The notes: generated by a model not told the origin, from the letters alone. Positions 21,306 through 31,076 are shown, numbered from the stretch's first letter. The stretch: 52,791 nucleotides of DNA from a virus (IMGVR_UViG_3300020055_001962:1-52791), one strand, 5' to 3'. Made by a program: numbers and translations.

Positions 21306-21885
21306 TTTACTTGACTTAATAAAACGTCTAAAGGTTGACAGCGAGCAATCTAATAAACATTATGTTTATTTTGATGAAGAAACATTAAAGATCCATAAAA
21401 TTTCTCCTCGTAAAGAAGAAGGAGATATGACATTTTTTGAAACAGACACTTCTACTGTAGAACCTATTCTTAAAGGAATTTACGGGTTAGACAAATATTC
21501 AGCATACTACGATTTTAAAAATAAAAATTATAGTATTAAGCAAAACGAACAAGAAAGTTTTGCAAATGTAAATGTCTTAGAAGTAAAACCTAATAGCGGA
21601 ACAACAGATTTAACTTTGGTACTAGGTGATAAAAGTATTAAGTTTGAACTTGATGAAAACTTAAAAGATCACGTTAAGAAAACTAGACAACATTTGTTTT
21701 TTGTATTGACCGAGAAAAATAATCCTTATAAAATCTATTCTAAGTTAAATTTTGATAGTAGTACCTTATGCAACGATACATTCGAACTTCAACATCAACT
21801 TTCAAAGAAACAACTTCGAAAAGGAGTAAGTATTTTTACAAATAAATTCTTTTCTTCTTATAAAAGGAAAATAGCAGTTAAATGA
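21298..21885 (+). CDS. Hypothetical protein
   Basis: 195-aa ORF overlapping its neighbours on both sides; no motif recognised. Confidence 0.7.
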   Translation: MSDLLDLIKRLKVDSEQSNKHYVYFDEETLKIHKISPRKEEGDMTFFETDTSTVEPILKGIYGLDKYSAYYDFKNKNYSIKQNEQESFANVNVLEVKPNSGTTDLTLVLGDKSIKFELDENLKDHVKKTRQHLFFVLTEKNNPYKIYSKLNFDSSTLCNDTFELQHQLSKKQLRKGVSIFTNKFFSSYKRKIAVK

Positions 21886-22814
21886 ATACATTCCGTCCAG
21901 TTGATCATGATATCATCTATCTGTCCTACGATGAACCTAACGCAGAAAAAAACTATGCAGATTTGTGTTCAAAAGTTCCGTGGGCAAAACGTGTACATGG
22001 AATAAAAGGTTCAGATGCTGCACACAAGGCTTGTGCTGAAATGAGCGAAACTGATCATTTTATTACCATCGACGGTGATAACAGAATTAGAGACGGATTT
22101 TTAGACCAAGAAATTAAATTAGATGAAAATGATATTTTACAAAATTCAGTAATTAGTTGGTGTGGTCAAAATGTAATTAACGGATTAATATACGGCAACG
22201 GTGGGATTAAATGTTGGCCTAAAGAATATGTTCGACGAATGAGAACACATGAAAATGCAGATCCTGCTAATAAACAAGCACAAGTAGACTTTTGTTGGGA
22301 CGCACATTATATACAACAAAATAGTTGTTTTAGTGATGTTTATAATAATGCTACTCCTCTTCAAGCATGGCGAGCTGGTTTTCGAGAAGGTGTAAAGTTA
22401 GCCCTTGATCGAGGAAAAAAATTAGAAAAAGAAGAGTTTGTAAGAAAAGCCCACTGGCGTTGCTTGCACATGTTATACATTTGGACAATGGTAGGTGCAG
22501 ATGTTGAAAACGGACTATGGGCGATTTATGGTGCAAGACAAGGTTTGTTTATGACAATGTGTTCTGACTGGGATTACGTTAATGTTCGTGATTTTGAATA
22601 TTTGAATGATATGTGGCAACATGAAAAAGAGAAAGAAGATGGACTGCTTATACAAATACAAGCATTAGGAAATGATCTAATTAATAATTTAGATATTCCT
22701 ATTGATCCTAATCCTTTGTTGCCTAACCAGAGTAAGTTTTTTAAAACAGTTTACAATAATCCTACCCGTGATTTAACAAAGCTCATAGACATCGAAGAAG
22801 GTGCAAATGGATGA
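21882..22814 (+). CDS. Glycosyltransferase-like protein (SYDEPNAE / DGD family)
   Basis: IIYLSYDEPNAE, AH..CAE, IDGD (DxD), YGNGGIK and WRAGFRE motifs; paralogue of 27269..27970. Confidence 0.6.
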   Translation: MNTFRPVDHDIIYLSYDEPNAEKNYADLCSKVPWAKRVHGIKGSDAAHKACAEMSETDHFITIDGDNRIRDGFLDQEIKLDENDILQNSVISWCGQNVINGLIYGNGGIKCWPKEYVRRMRTHENADPANKQAQVDFCWDAHYIQQNSCFSDVYNNATPLQAWRAGFREGVKLALDRGKKLEKEEFVRKAHWRCLHMLYIWTMVGADVENGLWAIYGARQGLFMTMCSDWDYVNVRDFEYLNDMWQHEKEKEDGLLIQIQALGNDLINNLDIPIDPNPLLPNQSKFFKTVYNNPTRDLTKLIDIEEGANG

Positions 22815-23962
22815 GCGAAAGTTCAAGACCCTACAGTAAACTTTCTGATGGTAGAACTGTAGATCCTTTGTTTGGTCCTATTTGGATCAAAGAAACAAAG
22901 GGCATGTCTGATAATAAAAAAGACTTAAAAGGAAGATACTGTCCTAAGTTGTTTACTTGGTTAGAAGTAGACATGTTTGGAAAAGCATGGCTATGTTGTC
23001 CTAGTTGGTTGCCGTATCCTATTGGAAATGTTTTAACAGATAGTTTAGAAGAAATGTGGAACGGTGAACGTGCAAAAGAATTGCGTAACCAAGTATTTAC
23101 AGGAGATTGGAAATATTGTCAGCATGACTTTTGTCCTTCTATAGTGGCTGACTTATTACCTAATGTTAATGAAGATACTCCAAAAACTACTACTGCTGAA
23201 TTACCTACTAGTATAAATTTTTCAAATGACGAGAGTTGCAATTTAAAATGTCCTAGTTGTCGTGTAGATAAACTATTGTATACTGAAGGTCCTCTATATG
23301 AAAGACGCAAAGAAGTAAACGATAAGTTATATGATATGCTTTTTTCTACGCCAACAGATAGAAATTTTAGTATTAATGTTACTGGTAGTGGCGATCCTTT
23401 TGCTAGTAAAATTTACAGAGATATGCTTTCTAAAATTGATGGAAAAGATTTTCCAAACTTAGAAGTAAATTTACAAACTAACGGAGTAATGTTTACACCT
23501 AAAAATTGGAATCGTATATCTAAGATTCATTCTAATTTAAGACGATGTGCTATAAGTTTTGATGCAGGTACAAAAGAAACTTACGAAAACAAAACTAGAG
23601 TTGGCGGCGATTGGGAATTACTTTTAGAAAACTGTAAATTTCTTGATAAACAAGTAGAACAAAATCCAAACTTTTATATGGTTTATGAGTTTGTAGTACA
23701 AGTAGATAACTACAAAGAAATGCGCCGTTATGTTCGTTTAGTTGATAACTTGTTTCCAAATGCTTCGAGTATTACGTTTAGCCTTGTTACCGACTGGGGT
23801 ACGTGGCCTAAAGATGTTTATGAACAAAAGTGTATTTGGAAAAATACACATCCAGAATATTCTAATCTTTTAAAAGTATTACAGGACAATATTTTTAAAC
23901 ATCCTAAAGTAAGATTAGGAAATCTTACAAATATATGGAAAGAAGCAAATGGATTGGGATAA
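22811..23962 (+). CDS. Radical SAM protein with N-terminal twitch/SPASM-like domain
   Basis: CNLKCPSC, GSGDPF and QTNG motifs; N-terminal YCP...CCP...EMWNG...YC..C. Confidence 0.85.
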   Translation: MSESSRPYSKLSDGRTVDPLFGPIWIKETKGMSDNKKDLKGRYCPKLFTWLEVDMFGKAWLCCPSWLPYPIGNVLTDSLEEMWNGERAKELRNQVFTGDWKYCQHDFCPSIVADLLPNVNEDTPKTTTAELPTSINFSNDESCNLKCPSCRVDKLLYTEGPLYERRKEVNDKLYDMLFSTPTDRNFSINVTGSGDPFASKIYRDMLSKIDGKDFPNLEVNLQTNGVMFTPKNWNRISKIHSNLRRCAISFDAGTKETYENKTRVGGDWELLLENCKFLDKQVEQNPNFYMVYEFVVQVDNYKEMRRYVRLVDNLFPNASSITFSLVTDWGTWPKDVYEQKCIWKNTHPEYSNLLKVLQDNIFKHPKVRLGNLTNIWKEANGLG

Positions 23963-25238
23963 ATCACCTCAAGAAATTTACGAGTCTACAAAGCACTATT
24001 GTCCTTTGTTATGGAATCATCTTCATGTTAATACGTTAGGAGATGTGCAACCGTGCTGCATGGCACCGTTCGGAACATCAATGGGTAATATAAACGAAAA
24101 GCCACTTGATGAAATATGGAACGGTAATGCAATGAAGAAGGCAAGGCGGCGTTTGTTAAAAGACTTGCCTCTTAATACTTGTGAAGGTTGCTATGACAAA
24201 GAACGAAGTAGTAACTGGAGTTTGCGAAAAGCAAGTATTGTAAAATATCACGATAGTGTAAAAGGTCTTTTAGAAACAACATATCCGGACGGTACAAGTT
24301 TAGATAGCAAACCAACTTATTTAGATATAAGATTTAGTAATATATGTAATATGCGTTGTCGTATGTGTGGACATTTTTCTAGCAGTAAATGGTTTAATGA
24401 TGCTAAACGTTTAAGTAAGGAATTTGATAACCATCGTTATATTGGTAGCGATAGTAAGCATGCAATTATACACGCAGTAGATGATGTTGCTAAGTTGTTG
24501 TCTAGGTTAGACGAGTATTTGCCGCACGTACAAGAATTGTATTTTGCCGGCGGCGAACCAATGATAATGGAAGAACATTATCGTATACTTAAAAGATTAG
24601 AAGAATTAAAACTGTATAATACTTTTATTAGGTATAACACTAATTTCCTGCAATTATATTACAAAGATAAAGACATATTAGAATTATGGAAAAAATTTAC
24701 AAATATACACTGTAGTATAAGTGTTGATACATATGGAGAACGTGCTGAAATTTTAAGACACGATACCGTTTGGTCAAAAATAGAAGAAAACATAGTACGT
24801 GTTAAAAAAGAAGTTCCACATGTTAGATTTAACATAACTCCGACAGTACAAATTTTAAATATTTTAACTATTACTGATTTACACAAAGATTGGTGTGAAA
24901 AAGGATGGGTAGGACCTAATGATTTATTTTTAAATATATTACATACTCCATCTTTTTACAATATAAAAGCATTGCCACATCATTTAAAATTAGAAGCAGA
25001 GAAAAAATTCAAAGATCATTTAAAATGGTTGAGTGAAAATTATGCAGATAATTTATTCAGCGTAACTAACACTATAAATAACTCTATAAGTTATATGATG
25101 GGAGAACAATTGAGCGAAGACCATTTAACAGAGTTTTGTAAACAAACTAGTCAACTAGACTATATACGGAAACAAGACAGTCATAAAACGTTTCCGGAGT
25201 TAGAATATATATGGAGCAACTATGATAAAAAAGATTAA
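23949..25238 (+). CDS. Twitch-domain-containing radical SAM protein
   Basis: CNMRCRMC, FAGGEP and YNTN motifs; N-terminal YCP..W...PCC...CxxC. Confidence 0.88.
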   Translation: MDWDKSPQEIYESTKHYCPLLWNHLHVNTLGDVQPCCMAPFGTSMGNINEKPLDEIWNGNAMKKARRRLLKDLPLNTCEGCYDKERSSNWSLRKASIVKYHDSVKGLLETTYPDGTSLDSKPTYLDIRFSNICNMRCRMCGHFSSSKWFNDAKRLSKEFDNHRYIGSDSKHAIIHAVDDVAKLLSRLDEYLPHVQELYFAGGEPMIMEEHYRILKRLEELKLYNTFIRYNTNFLQLYYKDKDILELWKKFTNIHCSISVDTYGERAEILRHDTVWSKIEENIVRVKKEVPHVRFNITPTVQILNILTITDLHKDWCEKGWVGPNDLFLNILHTPSFYNIKALPHHLKLEAEKKFKDHLKWLSENYADNLFSVTNTINNSISYMMGEQLSEDHLTEFCKQTSQLDYIRKQDSHKTFPELEYIWSNYDKKD

Positions 25239-25758
25239 GTTAGACTATGATTTTAGTGTGTTTTTAAATGCTGATTATAGTAAGCACTATGGTAGTTGCA
25301 TTAGTTATCAAGTACGTGAACAAGAAGATATACACCAAAAAGTTGGCGGCTTTCCAAAAAGTTACCACGAAGATAATACACGTATACAGCAGTTATGGTT
25401 TGATGATGGAGATATAGATTATTCTTTGCTTGGCGAAAGATTAGGTATGGAAGTAATTACAGTTAGCTCTATTTTACAACCACCGGGTAATGTTATTACA
25501 CTCCATAGAGATACATTTTTTCAAATTAATAAACAATATCCTAATGATACTAGAACAAAAGTACGTGCAAACGTATACTTAGAAGAATGGGCTCCTGGCC
25601 ATTTAATTAATTATCAAGATGAAAATTTCGACTGGCAAACAAGTACGCACTGGAATCAAGGCGAAGGATTTATTTGGGATAGCCAACACTTGCATTTAAG
25701 CGGAAATGCAGGATTAGTTCCTAAGTATACACTACAAGTAAGTGGATTTTTAAATTAA
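25222..25758 (+). CDS. Fe(II)/2OG-dependent oxygenase-like (cupin) protein
   Basis: PPGNVITLHRD (HxD), distal H in HLSGNAG, K.TLQVSG. Confidence 0.7.
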   Translation: MIKKIKLDYDFSVFLNADYSKHYGSCISYQVREQEDIHQKVGGFPKSYHEDNTRIQQLWFDDGDIDYSLLGERLGMEVITVSSILQPPGNVITLHRDTFFQINKQYPNDTRTKVRANVYLEEWAPGHLINYQDENFDWQTSTHWNQGEGFIWDSQHLHLSGNAGLVPKYTLQVSGFLN

Positions 25759-27177
25759 TTTTTTAAATCTTGCTTTTTTAAGTTCGGTTATCCAAAATCT
25801 TGGAGCCTGTTTTGAATAATATAAAATTAATTGTTGATTATGATCTAGCACTTCTTGCATTTCGTGCCACATCTTTTTACATTCTATATCATTCATAGAA
25901 TCTATTTTTTTAATAACATTTATAATTTTATTAATATGAATTTTTATATTACCGTCTTTTGAAAAACTCTCATCCCACCATCTATCAAAAGTAATAAATC
26001 CTAATCTTTTAAGTTCTTCATAAAACCCTGGATTTGCACTACAAATAAAAGGCCTTCTAGCAAGCAAAGGCTTACAAATTTTTTCCGTTATGAATAAATC
26101 GTTATGGTATGGCCCTTCACGTTCGTTATACGTTTCGCAACTTATATCTATGAATGCTCTAGAATAGTGTGTTGGGTTAGGAAGCCAAAAATATTTTAAG
26201 AAATGATAATTTATATTATCTTCTTGGATAGGTTCTGGAAAGGTGTTTATTGGAAGTTTGTCATATAAACTTATTATTTTTTGTCTATCTTCTTCGTGAT
26301 AATAACTTTTCCTATCATATCTAATTTGGTAATTTCGTTGATAGGTCATTATTTCGTTTATTTCATCAATGTGGTCTTTTATGTCGTCTGGTTTCGAAAC
26401 TTTTAACCATACGTGATTTTGATTTATTTCTTCTAACAGTCTATTCAAGTACAGCCATCTTGCTGGTCGAAATCTTCCTGAATAACACAAAAATCTTCCC
26501 TGTTTAAAAAGTGGTGTTCTCTTTGACAATCGAACAATCTCATCTATATGATTGTGATCCATAGTGTGTGTTACAAATTGTAACCAGTGGCTTGTTCCTA
26601 AAAGTACTAGCCAGTCAGGAATTGAATATACAGAATTACTATACACTGTATCACTTCTAACACGCGAATCTAAAAACACAAATTTATTAGAAAATTTATA
26701 CTGTTTTCTTTTTACAATTAAACTAGGAATTGTGACAAAGTCTCTTGAACTAATTGCCTTTGCTTCGTGCGGATCGTGAAATACTATGGCACAGTCTGGA
26801 TGAGCATGCAAAAACTCCATAGTTCTGTCCGGCAAATGATTAAACGGACATAGATCCGGATGGGTAAAAACCTCATCGTCTCCTGCAACAATGCGTATAG
26901 GGAATATGTTGATGTCTCTGTCACTATAAGAGTTTTCATCTCTAGTTATAAATTTTATTTCAGTTTCGTTAGTAAAATTTTCCCAAGTGTGCCATACGGG
27001 ATCGGATCGAAAACTGTATCGACCTATATCACGTTCTCCCTTAAAAGTGTCCATTTCCTTGATAACATTAAGCACACTGTGGTTTTTTAAACGTAACCAT
27101 GGAAAATAATTAGACAAATGTCTATTTATGTGTGGATTAGGAAGATCATCTACGTACCATTGAACTACTCGTGTCAT
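25750..27177 (-). CDS. Hypothetical protein, possible GT-B/GT10-like glycosyltransferase; inverted relative to the island
   Basis: 475 aa; C-terminal ET...FITEKICKP...RPF...LKRLGFITF..WWDES resembles the TEK motif of GT10-like proteins. Confidence 0.5.
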   Translation of the reverse strand: MTRVVQWYVDDLPNPHINRHLSNYFPWLRLKNHSVLNVIKEMDTFKGERDIGRYSFRSDPVWHTWENFTNETEIKFITRDENSYSDRDINIFPIRIVAGDDEVFTHPDLCPFNHLPDRTMEFLHAHPDCAIVFHDPHEAKAISSRDFVTIPSLIVKRKQYKFSNKFVFLDSRVRSDTVYSNSVYSIPDWLVLLGTSHWLQFVTHTMDHNHIDEIVRLSKRTPLFKQGRFLCYSGRFRPARWLYLNRLLEEINQNHVWLKVSKPDDIKDHIDEINEIMTYQRNYQIRYDRKSYYHEEDRQKIISLYDKLPINTFPEPIQEDNINYHFLKYFWLPNPTHYSRAFIDISCETYNEREGPYHNDLFITEKICKPLLARRPFICSANPGFYEELKRLGFITFDRWWDESFSKDGNIKIHINKIINVIKKIDSMNDIECKKMWHEMQEVLDHNQQLILYYSKQAPRFWITELKKARFKKLI

Positions 27178-27183
27178 GCATTA

Positions 27184-27191
27184 TATTTATA
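27184..27191 (-). promoter_or_regulatory. T4-like late promoter TATAAATA (minus strand)
   Basis: TATTTATA on the + strand; 6 nt upstream of the ATG at 27177. Confidence 0.7.
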
Positions 27192-27233
27192 TGCGTATAT
27201 AATGACAGTTTTGACTTACTGGTAATTTTTCGC

Positions 27234-27262
27234 TTGACATATATGAAGATAGGCAGTACAAT
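27234..27262 (+). promoter_or_regulatory. Sigma70-type promoter TTGACA-17bp-TACAAT
   Basis: TTGACA 27234-27239 and TACAAT 27257-27262; ATG 27269 follows 6 nt later. Confidence 0.75.
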
Positions 27263-27268
27263 AATACT

Positions 27269-27970
27269 ATGTTTGAAATAGTGTTTATATCGTATAAAGA
27301 GCCAAATGCAGAAGATAACTGGAATCGCCTGCGTTCAAGATTTCCGTTAGCAAAGCGAGTTAATGGAGTAAAGGGTATTAAGCATGCACACATCAAAGCC
27401 GCTGAAATGTGTTGGACAAAGATGTTTTGGGTAGTCGATGGTGATGCAGAAATTTTAGAAGATTTTGACTTCAGTTATAAACCTACCGAGTGGGATCTTG
27501 ATACAGTACACGTTTGGCATGCTAAAAATCCTATTAACGATCTTGTGTATGGTTACGGAGGAGTAAAATTACTTCCTACTAAACTTACTAAATCTATGGA
27601 TAGAACTGTAATTGATTTAGCAACTAGCATAAGTCCTAAATTTAAAGTTATAGAAGAAATATCAAATATTACAGCATTTAACACAGATCCGTTTAACACA
27701 TGGAAAAGTGCATTTAGAGAGTGTGCTAAATTAAGCAGCAAAATTATTGTTAGACAAGAATCCGGAGAAACAGATGAAAGACTTAATACATGGACGACTG
27801 CTGGAGGAGATCGAGAGTTTGGTGAATATGCGATTCGAGGTGCTCTTGCTGGTATGGAGTTTGGCCTTTCTCGGAGGAATGATTTGGGGCTAATAAATGA
27901 TTTCAAATGGCTTAAAGATCACTACAACAACACTATAAATAGAACTGATATGGAGAACAACAATGACTGA
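27269..27970 (+). CDS. Glycosyltransferase-like protein (SYxEPNAE / DGD family), paralogue
   Basis: FISYKEPNAE, VVDGD, YGYGGVK and WKSAFRE motifs, collinear with 21882..22814. Confidence 0.6.
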   Translation: MFEIVFISYKEPNAEDNWNRLRSRFPLAKRVNGVKGIKHAHIKAAEMCWTKMFWVVDGDAEILEDFDFSYKPTEWDLDTVHVWHAKNPINDLVYGYGGVKLLPTKLTKSMDRTVIDLATSISPKFKVIEEISNITAFNTDPFNTWKSAFRECAKLSSKIIVRQESGETDERLNTWTTAGGDREFGEYAIRGALAGMEFGLSRRNDLGLINDFKWLKDHYNNTINRTDMENNND

Positions 27971-29288
27971 TATTATTGGTAAAACAAGGACCATAGAGCC
28001 TATGAAACCTTGTGAACTGGCAGCAAAGACCTTAACAGCTCATCAGGCATCACTTGCTGAAAAGACAACACAATGGGTAAGAACAAACTATCCTGAACGA
28101 ACAAAGGAATATGACAAGTGTACTAGAGATGTAGGACATTTGATCAAAACATTGGTTTATTGTTTAAACGACGGCACTTATGCTCCAATGGATCATCTTT
28201 CTCGTATGTTTTTCCATAGAGGACAACTACAACTTAAATCTTATCATGTAGAATTTCAGGCTTATGATTACTTGCTAGATGAGATTGATACTCTATTTGC
28301 ACAAACTGAAGGGATTGAAGCAGGTGCTGTAGGTCGTTGTAGTACAGCAATCGAATTATTGAAGCGAGCAATGCGTGGAAGTGTAATAACAGAAAGAGAT
28401 GAAATCCATGCTGGTATTACAGATTTTGAAACAAGAACAAAACATGTATTATATGGATGGGACGACGAACAAGAAGTAATGCGCAATATGCAACGTTGTC
28501 AGCGTAACTGGATGCATAGTGTACCGATTCCTAAAGATGCTGTAGATTATTTGTTGTGGACTGCTCAAAATGTTCCTTCTAAGCAGTATGAAGGATATTA
28601 TGATGTTTATTATTCCACCGAAAGAAAAAGCATTGAAGGATTATATCAATATGCATGGGGAAGTACACACACTAGAAATCCTCCTGCATGTTGGCGTAAT
28701 TCTCAAATGAATGCACCAATGTATATGATTTTTGTATGTAAGCAACCGTCAACAATGTATAATTGTAATAACGATGGAACCGACCAAGACCATTTCGGCG
28801 CATCTCGTTGGGAAAACTCAATTATTCAAGTTGGAATGGCAATGGGTCTAGTTATGAGAGCTGCTAACAAAATGGGACTGCGTACTGGACCTAATAAGAT
28901 TGTTGACTTAGGACCTGATTATAACTATGAATGGGAAAAGAAATTAGGTATCTATGAAGAAGTTAAAGCCGGTAGACAAAAATTATACTACGGTTTAGGA
29001 ATTGGAGTGGCAAATAGAAATCGTCCTCGTTGGGAGTCAGACGATTACGAATTGGCGCTAGGTGCATCAAATGGTCATAACATAACTGTGAAAAGCCCAG
29101 ATGATCCAGATTGGGTTCCTGTTAATCATAAAGGTGATGAAAAACGCCGAGTAAAAATTATTGACATTAGAGACCATGCTGGAGAAACAATTCAAGATCA
29201 TTATGGAAATATGCATCTAATTCCGGAGACACACGAAATTAAAATTAATACGCCAAAACGCCGAGATATTAAAGTTAAACGTTTCTAA
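27963..29288 (+). CDS. Phycobiliprotein-like N-terminal domain fused to a nitroreductase-fold domain
   Basis: N-terminal AAKTLT...NYP...DKCTRDVGH...YCL..G...PMD; C-terminal QRCQRNW...IP...PSKQ...NSQ..A...VGMAMG..MGLRTG, collinear with 34695..35405. Confidence 0.65.
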   Translation: MTDIIGKTRTIEPMKPCELAAKTLTAHQASLAEKTTQWVRTNYPERTKEYDKCTRDVGHLIKTLVYCLNDGTYAPMDHLSRMFFHRGQLQLKSYHVEFQAYDYLLDEIDTLFAQTEGIEAGAVGRCSTAIELLKRAMRGSVITERDEIHAGITDFETRTKHVLYGWDDEQEVMRNMQRCQRNWMHSVPIPKDAVDYLLWTAQNVPSKQYEGYYDVYYSTERKSIEGLYQYAWGSTHTRNPPACWRNSQMNAPMYMIFVCKQPSTMYNCNNDGTDQDHFGASRWENSIIQVGMAMGLVMRAANKMGLRTGPNKIVDLGPDYNYEWEKKLGIYEEVKAGRQKLYYGLGIGVANRNRPRWESDDYELALGASNGHNITVKSPDDPDWVPVNHKGDEKRRVKIIDIRDHAGETIQDHYGNMHLIPETHEIKINTPKRRDIKVKRF

Positions 29289-29289
29289 C

Positions 29290-29910
29290 ATGTCAATACA
29301 TACCGGAAAGGCACTTAATATTGATATTAGTACTAGGTGCGCACTAGAATGTCCTGCATGTCAGCGTACTATTTTTAGAAAGGCAGGAAAGCGTGTTCCT
29401 GGCAAAGATGTTACGTTGGCGCAATTTGATAAGATAAGCGATCACTTTGCTAATGGTGGCAGAATTAGTTTTTGTGGAACTTTTTCTGATCCAATATTTA
29501 ATCCAAATTTTATTGATATGTTAAAGATGTGTCATAAAAAGCGGATTAGAGCAGAAGTACATACAGCAGCATCTCAAAAGCCGGAAAGATGGTATCAGGA
29601 AGCGTTTCTTGCAAATCCGGAAGCAAGTTGGTGGTTTGGAATTGACGGCCTTCCTGAGCAAAGTCATCAATATCGAATAAACCAGGATGGTGTAAAACTT
29701 TTTAATATCATGTTGCAAGCAAAGAAAAAAGTTAGAGAAGTTATTTGGCAATATCTTATTTTTGACTACAACAGACCTCAAATTAAAAAAGCAAAATTGA
29801 TGGCAAGAAAATATGGAGTATCGATTTTGTTTATTAACACACTAAGAGATGGAAAAAGAAATGAAGGAAGAGCGAGTCGGCGCAAGACTCGGAAAGCCTC
29901 TACGGAGTAA
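29290..29910 (+). CDS. Short radical SAM protein (cassette 1)
   Basis: NIDISTRCALECPAC, CGTFSDP, FGIDG and RINQDG motifs. Confidence 0.85.
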   Translation: MSIHTGKALNIDISTRCALECPACQRTIFRKAGKRVPGKDVTLAQFDKISDHFANGGRISFCGTFSDPIFNPNFIDMLKMCHKKRIRAEVHTAASQKPERWYQEAFLANPEASWWFGIDGLPEQSHQYRINQDGVKLFNIMLQAKKKVREVIWQYLIFDYNRPQIKKAKLMARKYGVSILFINTLRDGKRNEGRASRRKTRKASTE

Positions 29911-30214
29911 TAAAAAAATAAATCCTAAATGTCTACATGGTAGAGACTTAGGGTATGCAATCACCGGACATATGACTCCTTGTTGCTGGACAAATGTATC
30001 ATGGAATGATACCTGGCTTTCCAAGTTTTTCACACCTGAAATGCATATTGATAATTTTGATACTATCGAAGATATTCTAAATTCTGAAGTTTGGGTTAAT
30101 TTTTTTGAAATGTTAGAAAATGACAATACAAAGGCTCCTCTAATTTGTAAGCAGATGTGTAGTGGTGCTGTAGAAGACGATCCAGAAGCACTTGATAGTA
30201 GGTTGATAGAATGA
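29849..30214 (+). CDS. Stand-alone SPASM/twitch-like Fe-S protein (cassette 1)
   Basis: PKC...GHMTPCCW...IEDILNSEVW...PLICKQMC; alternative start at 29861. Confidence 0.7.
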   Translation: MEKEMKEERVGARLGKPLRSNKKINPKCLHGRDLGYAITGHMTPCCWTNVSWNDTWLSKFFTPEMHIDNFDTIEDILNSEVWVNFFEMLENDNTKAPLICKQMCSGAVEDDPEALDSRLIE

Positions 30215-31065
30215 CAATTAATATTGTAGTTACGAGTAAACCAGTAGACGGATTATTATACTACAGTTATGAATACTGTTCTTATCTAAACTCTATTGGC
30301 GTAGATTCAAAAGTTATTATAGTATGTCATAGACACTATCCTAAAGAAGAATATATTAAATCTATCGATCAAAAATATATTCATTGTGAAAATATTATTT
30401 TTGATGATTTTATTCCAGAAGAGGATGACGTAACATTAATTATGGGTCGTAGTATGATGACCCTGTCTTGGAAAGATTTTCGCTCTTATAGATTAGAACA
30501 ACAAGACACACTAAGACGTGTTTTTGCAGATAAAGTCATTGCTGTATATTCAGAAAATCATCCATTAGAATATCCAATGGCATTAGAGTTTTACGCACCG
30601 AAAAACATTGTTGACTTATGTGATACAGAAGTTTATGTTAATGGTGTCGGAAAGCATTTTGAAAAGACAATCAATTTTAGCATATACAAGCCGCACGTTA
30701 ATAACATAAAATTTAAACATTTGTTTTTAGGAACAAACGACAAGTATTATGCAACTATTGAAAAGGTAATAGATCAGTTTCCTGATCATGGTATATTGAC
30801 ATACAAAGCAGACTATGTTAATATAGATAATAACAATATCTATGTGCCGGTAGAAAGTCTAATGAGTATGTTTGAAACATATGTTTATACAAAAGATACA
30901 TTCGATCCTGCACCTAGGATTTTTCAAGAATGCAAGTATTTTGATAAGGATGTAATTTATTTGCGAGACAAAACTATACAAGACGGTGGCAGTGTTTACT
31001 GGAAGCGTGATATAACTGAGCCAGATGTTACTGAAATATTAAATGCAGTTAAAAATTTAACATAA
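30211..31065 (+). CDS. Hypothetical protein (weak GT-B-like character)
   Basis: 284 aa with ATGA coupling; DPAPRIFQEC loosely recalls the GT4 Ex7E region; sits next to the sugar aminotransferase. Confidence 0.45.
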   Translation: MTINIVVTSKPVDGLLYYSYEYCSYLNSIGVDSKVIIVCHRHYPKEEYIKSIDQKYIHCENIIFDDFIPEEDDVTLIMGRSMMTLSWKDFRSYRLEQQDTLRRVFADKVIAVYSENHPLEYPMALEFYAPKNIVDLCDTEVYVNGVGKHFEKTINFSIYKPHVNNIKFKHLFLGTNDKYYATIEKVIDQFPDHGILTYKADYVNIDNNNIYVPVESLMSMFETYVYTKDTFDPAPRIFQECKYFDKDVIYLRDKTIQDGGSVYWKRDITEPDVTEILNAVKNLT

Positions 31066-31076
31066 GAGGAACTAAA

